Below, piece after piece: positions 59,724 to 64,000 of a stretch of DNA of 64,000 nucleotides. The stretch's first letter is position 1. Every line of letters begins with the position of its first letter. Below the pieces are notes generated by a model. That model worked only from the letters and a program-made list of their open reading frames with translations. It searched no databases and was not told the origin of the DNA. The position numbers and the translations under genes are program-made. The DNA is from Clostridiales bacterium (GTDB lineage Bacteria > Bacillota > Clostridia > Christensenellales > UBA1242): positions 360,052 through 424,051 of the forward strand of contig SVIV01000001.1 of NCBI GenBank assembly GCA_015069325.1, written 5' to 3'.

Positions 59724-60875
59724 TTATTCTTCATCATCAAGTGGTGATAATTCTTCAAGAACTGTAAGTCCGCTGAAAGCATCTTCATCATTAAGGTCTG
59801 TAAGTTCATATTCTGGTTCTGAAACTTGTGTTGTTGTAATTGAACTTTCAGGTTTAACTTCAATTTTCCAGCCGGTCAGTCTTGCAGCAAGACGAACGTT
59901 TTGACCGTTCTTGCCAATTGCGAGAGATAATTTATCGTCAGGAACAATTACTCGTGAAGAATGTAAACTTTCATTAATTTCAACGCTGATTACTTTTGCT
60001 GGACTTAAAGCCTTTGCAATATATTCAAGTGGGTCTTCACTGTATTCAATTAAATCTATCTTTTCGCCATTAAGTTCTGAAGTAATAGTGTCAATTCTTT
60101 GACCGTGGAAACCTACGCAAGTTCCAATAACATCAACGTTTGCTTTATCAGTATGAAGTGAAACTTTAGTTCTATTTCCCGCATCACGAGAAATATTTTT
60201 AATTAAAACTTCCCCATTTGCAATTTCTGGAATTTCAAGTTCAAAAAGTTTTCGAACAAATCCAATATTGCTTCTAGTAACTTGAATTTGTGTGCCCTTG
60301 AATGAATCCTTAATTTTCTTTACATAAACCTTGATTCTATCACCTATATTAAACTTTTCGCCAGGGATTTGGTCTGAAGGAAGCATAACTCCTTCTGTAT
60401 TTGTATTTGAAAGTTGAACATAAATTGTGCCATTGTCAATTCTTTTTACAATAGTTGTCATAAGTTCATCTTCTTTTTCAGAAAGTTCAGAAAGAGCCAT
60501 TTGTCTTTCCATTTCCTTCAATTTTTGCATAACAACTTGTTTTGCTGTTTGTGCGGCTATTCTTCCAAAATCTTTTGTAGATTCTTCAGACATAACTTCA
60601 TCGCCCAGTTTATGTGACTTTTTTATAAGTTTTGCTTCCGCTAAAGAAATTTCTTTATCTGAATCTACCACTTCATCAACAACAACTTTATATGAATAGA
60701 TTTTAATTGTTGCCTTTTCTGGATTCAATTTTACTCTTGAAAGTTTAGCTTCGCCATACATTTTCTTGTATGCTGCGGTTAATGCATTTTCAATTATTTT
60801 AATAAAATCTTCTTTATTAATTCTCTTTTCTGCTTCTAAATCGTCTAATGCATTGAAAAAATCTTTATTTATCAT
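59724..60875 (-). CDS. nusA: transcription termination/antitermination factor NusA
   Basis: N-terminal RNAP-binding domain, S1 domain, and two KH domains (GxxG: IGKNGQNVRLA). Acidic C-terminus. Confidence 0.96.
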   Translation of the reverse strand: MINKDFFNALDDLEAEKRINKEDFIKIIENALTAAYKKMYGEAKLSRVKLNPEKATIKIYSYKVVVDEVVDSDKEISLAEAKLIKKSHKLGDEVMSEESTKDFGRIAAQTAKQVVMQKLKEMERQMALSELSEKEDELMTTIVKRIDNGTIYVQLSNTNTEGVMLPSDQIPGEKFNIGDRIKVYVKKIKDSFKGTQIQVTRSNIGFVRKLFELEIPEIANGEVLIKNISRDAGNRTKVSLHTDKANVDVIGTCVGFHGQRIDTITSELNGEKIDLIEYSEDPLEYIAKALSPAKVISVEINESLHSSRVIVPDDKLSLAIGKNGQNVRLAARLTGWKIEVKPESSITTTQVSEPEYELTDLNDEDAFSGLTVLEELSPLDDEE

Positions 60876-60885
60876 AATTATCTCC

Positions 60886-61347
60886 TTAAAATTTAATTAC
60901 TGGCACAATATGCGCAACCTGTTGTTTTTGAAATGTAATTTCATTATCTTTATTTTTAATAGTAAATTGTTGATCATCAAAAGCAGTTAATTCGCCGACA
61001 AATTCTTTTTTGCCATCAACTTTTGCAAATAACGTAACTTTAATTTCTTTATTTAAGTTTCGTCTGAAATCTCTTTCCGTTTTCAATGGTCTATCTATTC
61101 CTGGCGAACTAACACTTAAAATGTATGGTTGATCATCTGTTGGATTGATTTCATCTATTACTTCGTCAACAAGCCTTGAAACTTTTTCACAATCTTCAAT
61201 TTGCACTCCGTTTTCGCTATCAATGTAGAATGTTAGATTCATTCCATCAGATTTTTTTACATATTCAACTTCGACTACTTCATACCCAACTTCTTCAATA
61301 AGTGGAACTATTTTTTCTTCGCAAATTGCTTTGACTTTACCTGCCAA
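60886..61347 (-). CDS. rimP: ribosome maturation factor RimP
   Basis: 153 aa, TTG start (GGGAGG 8 nt upstream). YILSVSSPGIDRPL motif. Confidence 0.92.
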   Translation of the reverse strand: MAGKVKAICEEKIVPLIEEVGYEVVEVEYVKKSDGMNLTFYIDSENGVQIEDCEKVSRLVDEVIDEINPTDDQPYILSVSSPGIDRPLKTERDFRRNLNKEIKVTLFAKVDGKKEFVGELTAFDDQQFTIKNKDNEITFQKQQVAHIVPVIKF

Positions 61348-61374
61348 TTTTTTTACCTCCCTATTTACGAATTA

Positions 61375-61403
61375 GGGAGCGATGCAAGATTTGCACGCTC
61401 CCC
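61375..61403 (-). promoter_or_regulatory. GC-rich leader hairpin between the rimP promoter and RBS
   Basis: Minus strand: GGGGAGCGUGCAA-AUC-UUGCAUCGCUCCC (12 bp plus one bulge), followed by UAAUUCG rather than a U-tract. Confidence 0.5.
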
Positions 61404-61421
61404 AACTCTCTAGTCAATGGT

Positions 61422-61450
61422 ATTATACCACTAATTGTTCTAAATTGCAA
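61422..61450 (-). promoter_or_regulatory. sigma-A promoter of the rimP-nusA-infB operon
   Basis: Minus strand: TTGCAA (61450-61445), 17 nt, TGgTATAAT (TATAAT 61427-61422). Confidence 0.75.
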
Positions 61451-61471
61451 GTATTAAAATAAAAAAAGTTG

Positions 61472-63019
61472 TTATTTTTTCGATTTATTTAGCTCCATTA
61501 GCACCCTAGCGGTTGCATAAGCATCATTATATGCCCTATGGGCACCTTCTAGCGTAAGCCCCAACGCTTTAACAATAGTGCCTAATTTATAATTTCCTAG
61601 GCGTAAACCCGATTGCCTTGCAACAATCAAAGTATCCATCATCTCATTATCAAATCGCACACCTATTTTTTCGGCAACTTTGCGAATAAACTTAATATCA
61701 AAGCCAACAACATTATGCCCACTCAAAATGCAATCTCTACTCCACTCCCAAAAATCATATACTACGTCTTCCGCACTAGGAGCGTGAGCCACCATTTCAT
61801 CGGTAATATTTGTAACTTTGACAACCTCTTCGGGAATTGGATGAGAAGGCTTGGCAAAACTTTGAAATCTTTCGGTAATTTCGCCATTTTCAATTTTTAC
61901 TGCTCCAAGTTCGGTAATTTCACAGTATTCAGGGTCTAACCCGGTAGTTTCAATATCAAAAACTACAAATTTGTTTTTCATTATATAATCATTATATTTG
62001 TTGCTTTCTTCAAACAAATTGCTCTGCTTTTCATAAGGCATACGGTCTGGGAAAACCACCTTCTTATGTTTGAAATCCGAATTAACTGTTTCGTGAACAT
62101 CAACAATTTCTTCATATGGACTTGCAAGTGAAATTTTTTTAATATAATATGTAAGTTTTCCGTTAAAGCCCACTTGAACATTGCCTACACAAATAATCAT
62201 AAATAGGTCATCAAGCGCTTCCATATCTTTTTCGTGTGTTTTTCCGCAGAAATAGACACAATCTATAGCCCCTTCCTTATCTCGTAAAGTAAAGGTGTAA
62301 AGCGTCTTTTCTTTACCTGCATTTTTCCCTTTTTTCTGAATATATTTCTTTTGGTTTTTGTTAGAAATAAATCCTGATAATATTACAGAAGGTTTTGGCT
62401 TTTTAATATCACTTATATATTCAGGTTTTGGTGCAATGTCTCCACCAATAACCTTCTTTTCAATTTTTACATCATATCGACGGACTCTATTTGCACTTGC
62501 TGTTGACAGTATATCTTCTGCATCAATTTCATCAGGTAAAGTGTCTTCATTTTCAATTAAATTTACTTGAACATTCGCAATGAACAATTTTTCAATATGT
62601 TTTTTTATTTGGCTTTCCAAATCCAAATCATCTATAAGCGAAAGAATGTCTTGATTTAAAGAGATATTGATTTCAACATCTTGCCCTTGGTGAGTTGAAG
62701 ATAAATTTTCAGAACTAATATAAGGATAAATCCCCTTTTTGTTGTTTTTGAAAAATTCAACAACTTCTTCTAAAATCAAACACTCGTCAAGGAAACTTTT
62801 CTTAAACTTAACTTTTACTTGTGCATTTAAAGACAAAAACTCTTGAAAAAACTTTATAATATCATCCTTATCTTCAAATGAAATTTCTTCCATTTGATAA
62901 GGATACAATAAAGTTATCGTGCATAGTAAAGAATCTTTATCATACACAACATTCAAGAGTTTTAAATAGTTAAATTTATTATTAAATTTTTGATTAAGTT
63001 TTTGCAATACATCTATCAT
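61472..63019 (-). CDS. PolC-like N-terminal/OB/3'-5' exonuclease protein lacking PHP and polymerase domains
   Basis: 515 aa. C-terminal DEDDh exonuclease with ExoI VFDIETTGL, ExoII SGHNVVGFDIKFI, ExoIII HRAYNDAYATARVL, close to my recollection of the PolC exo insert. Residues about 205-300 look like the PolC OB domain. It sits between rseP and rimP, where polC normally lies. Confidence 0.7.
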   Translation of the reverse strand: MIDVLQKLNQKFNNKFNYLKLLNVVYDKDSLLCTITLLYPYQMEEISFEDKDDIIKFFQEFLSLNAQVKVKFKKSFLDECLILEEVVEFFKNNKKGIYPYISSENLSSTHQGQDVEINISLNQDILSLIDDLDLESQIKKHIEKLFIANVQVNLIENEDTLPDEIDAEDILSTASANRVRRYDVKIEKKVIGGDIAPKPEYISDIKKPKPSVILSGFISNKNQKKYIQKKGKNAGKEKTLYTFTLRDKEGAIDCVYFCGKTHEKDMEALDDLFMIICVGNVQVGFNGKLTYYIKKISLASPYEEIVDVHETVNSDFKHKKVVFPDRMPYEKQSNLFEESNKYNDYIMKNKFVVFDIETTGLDPEYCEITELGAVKIENGEITERFQSFAKPSHPIPEEVVKVTNITDEMVAHAPSAEDVVYDFWEWSRDCILSGHNVVGFDIKFIRKVAEKIGVRFDNEMMDTLIVARQSGLRLGNYKLGTIVKALGLTLEGAHRAYNDAYATARVLMELNKSKK

Positions 63020-63029
63020 ACGTTATATT

Positions 63030-63998
63030 TTATAACAGAAAATGCAAAATGTCAATTAAAATTACTGCACCAAATAATATGAACAACCCGATTGTATGAA
63101 TCATATTTTCTGTTTCTCGTTTAATCGGTTTCTTCCTTATCCACTCGATAAGTGTAAATATGATATGAGAGCCGTCTAAGGCAGGAATAGGAAGTAAATT
63201 AAATACTGCCAAATTTGCTGAAATTAATGGAATCAGAATAAGAAGATTTAAGATGTTTGTTTGAGCATATGTTGCAATCGTTGAAATAGTTGTAATAGGA
63301 CCGCCAATAGACCCAATGTCTAATTGAAATGTAACCATTTGCCATAAACTTTCTAAAACAACCCAAGAAAGCCCAAAAGTAAAGGGAACAGCTCTTTCTA
63401 CTGCTTCTGTAAAACTATGAACATAAGCAGCTGTTTCAACACTATTCCAGCCATAATAATAACTTGTTTGATATATTGTATTTCCATCACCATCAGTTAA
63501 TACATCACCGTTTTCATTTGTTAATGCAATTTTTTCACCATCAACAGTATCATATTTTTCTATTCGATAAAATGCTAATTTTACTTCTACTTCCTTACCA
63601 TCTCTACGAACAACGGCCATCGTATAATCAAAATAGTTTTCAAAAGCAGTTTTTTCCGCAAGTTTAGCTTCTTCCCCCGTCTTATCACCAACAGCCTGTG
63701 CAAAATGAAGTTTCATCGCAGCAAATGCTTTTTCTTGTTCTTCAGGGTAAGTCGTGCCAAAGGCAAAATCAATAGTTTTGCCATCAATTGATAGTATTAC
63801 ATCACCTTCTTGAAGCATTTGTTCAGAATCGGTCAATGTCGTATAATAAGAACCGTCAATATAGTCTGTTATTTCTGTAGAATTAAATTGAATGTCTTTT
63901 TTTGCTTGTGGGATATCATACCCCACAGTGCAAAGTAATATCGCTGAGAATATTACCGCTGCAGCGAAATTAAAAGTTACACCCGCTAAAAATACCAA
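63030..63998 (-). CDS. rseP: RseP/RasP-type site-2 (M50) membrane metalloprotease, C-terminal part (5' end beyond the window)
   Basis: PDZ-like LQEGDVILSIDGKTI. C-terminal NLLPIPALDGSHI motif and terminal TM helix. The HExxH region is expected upstream, outside the window. Confidence 0.85.
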   Translation of the reverse strand: MVFLAGVTFNFAAAVIFSAILLCTVGYDIPQAKKDIQFNSTEITDYIDGSYYTTLTDSEQMLQEGDVILSIDGKTIDFAFGTTYPEEQEKAFAAMKLHFAQAVGDKTGEEAKLAEKTAFENYFDYTMAVVRRDGKEVEVKLAFYRIEKYDTVDGEKIALTNENGDVLTDGDGNTIYQTSYYYGWNSVETAAYVHSFTEAVERAVPFTFGLSWVVLESLWQMVTFQLDIGSIGGPITTISTIATYAQTNILNLLILIPLISANLAVFNLLPIPALDGSHIIFTLIEWIRKKPIKRETENMIHTIGLFILFGAVILIDILHFLL

Positions 63999-64000
63999 AA

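Overview
AT-rich (about one-third G+C by eye), tightly packed chromosomal segment from a spore-forming low-GC Firmicute, most likely a Clostridia-class organism. It uses the standard code, with TGA as a stop. Nearly all of it is core housekeeping in operons syntenic with Bacillus/Clostridium. These include lysS-nth-obg-yhbY, rsfS, ywlE-rpiB-gap, tig-clpP-clpX, spoIIP, aspS-asnS, a Phe T-box driving pheS-pheT-nifZ-thiI, argR-recN-spoIVB and serS. On the minus strand are rny, tgt-queA-ruvBAC-yebC, infC-rpmI-rplT-trmH, xseAB-nusB-asp23, a complete spoIIIAA-AH operon, efp, and the rimP-nusA-ylxR-ylxQ-infB-rbfA-nrnA-truB operon, preceded by rseP. There is one tRNA. I saw no rRNA, CRISPR array, transposase or prophage block. 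I did not find a clear multi-gene novel system such as a defence island. The items most worth a second look are listed here. (1) The conserved polC position between rseP and rimP holds a 515-aa protein that looks like PolC N-terminal and OB domains plus an intact proofreading exonuclease, with no PHP or polymerase core. (2) The tRNA-Leu anticodon loop folds to anticodon AAG, and A34 is rare in bacteria. (3) A hairpin family built on ACTAGTATG recurs at five intergenic sites. (4) A small accessory patch at 31.2-35.7 kb holds a degenerate NTase-like protein cotranscribed with serS, a 484-nt structured non-coding region, and two membrane-tethered transcription factors. (5) An EncFtn-like ferritin has no adjacent encapsulin. 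(6) A tyrosine recombinase sits where spo0A normally follows spoIVB. All functional calls come from motif and synteny recognition by eye; no searches were run.
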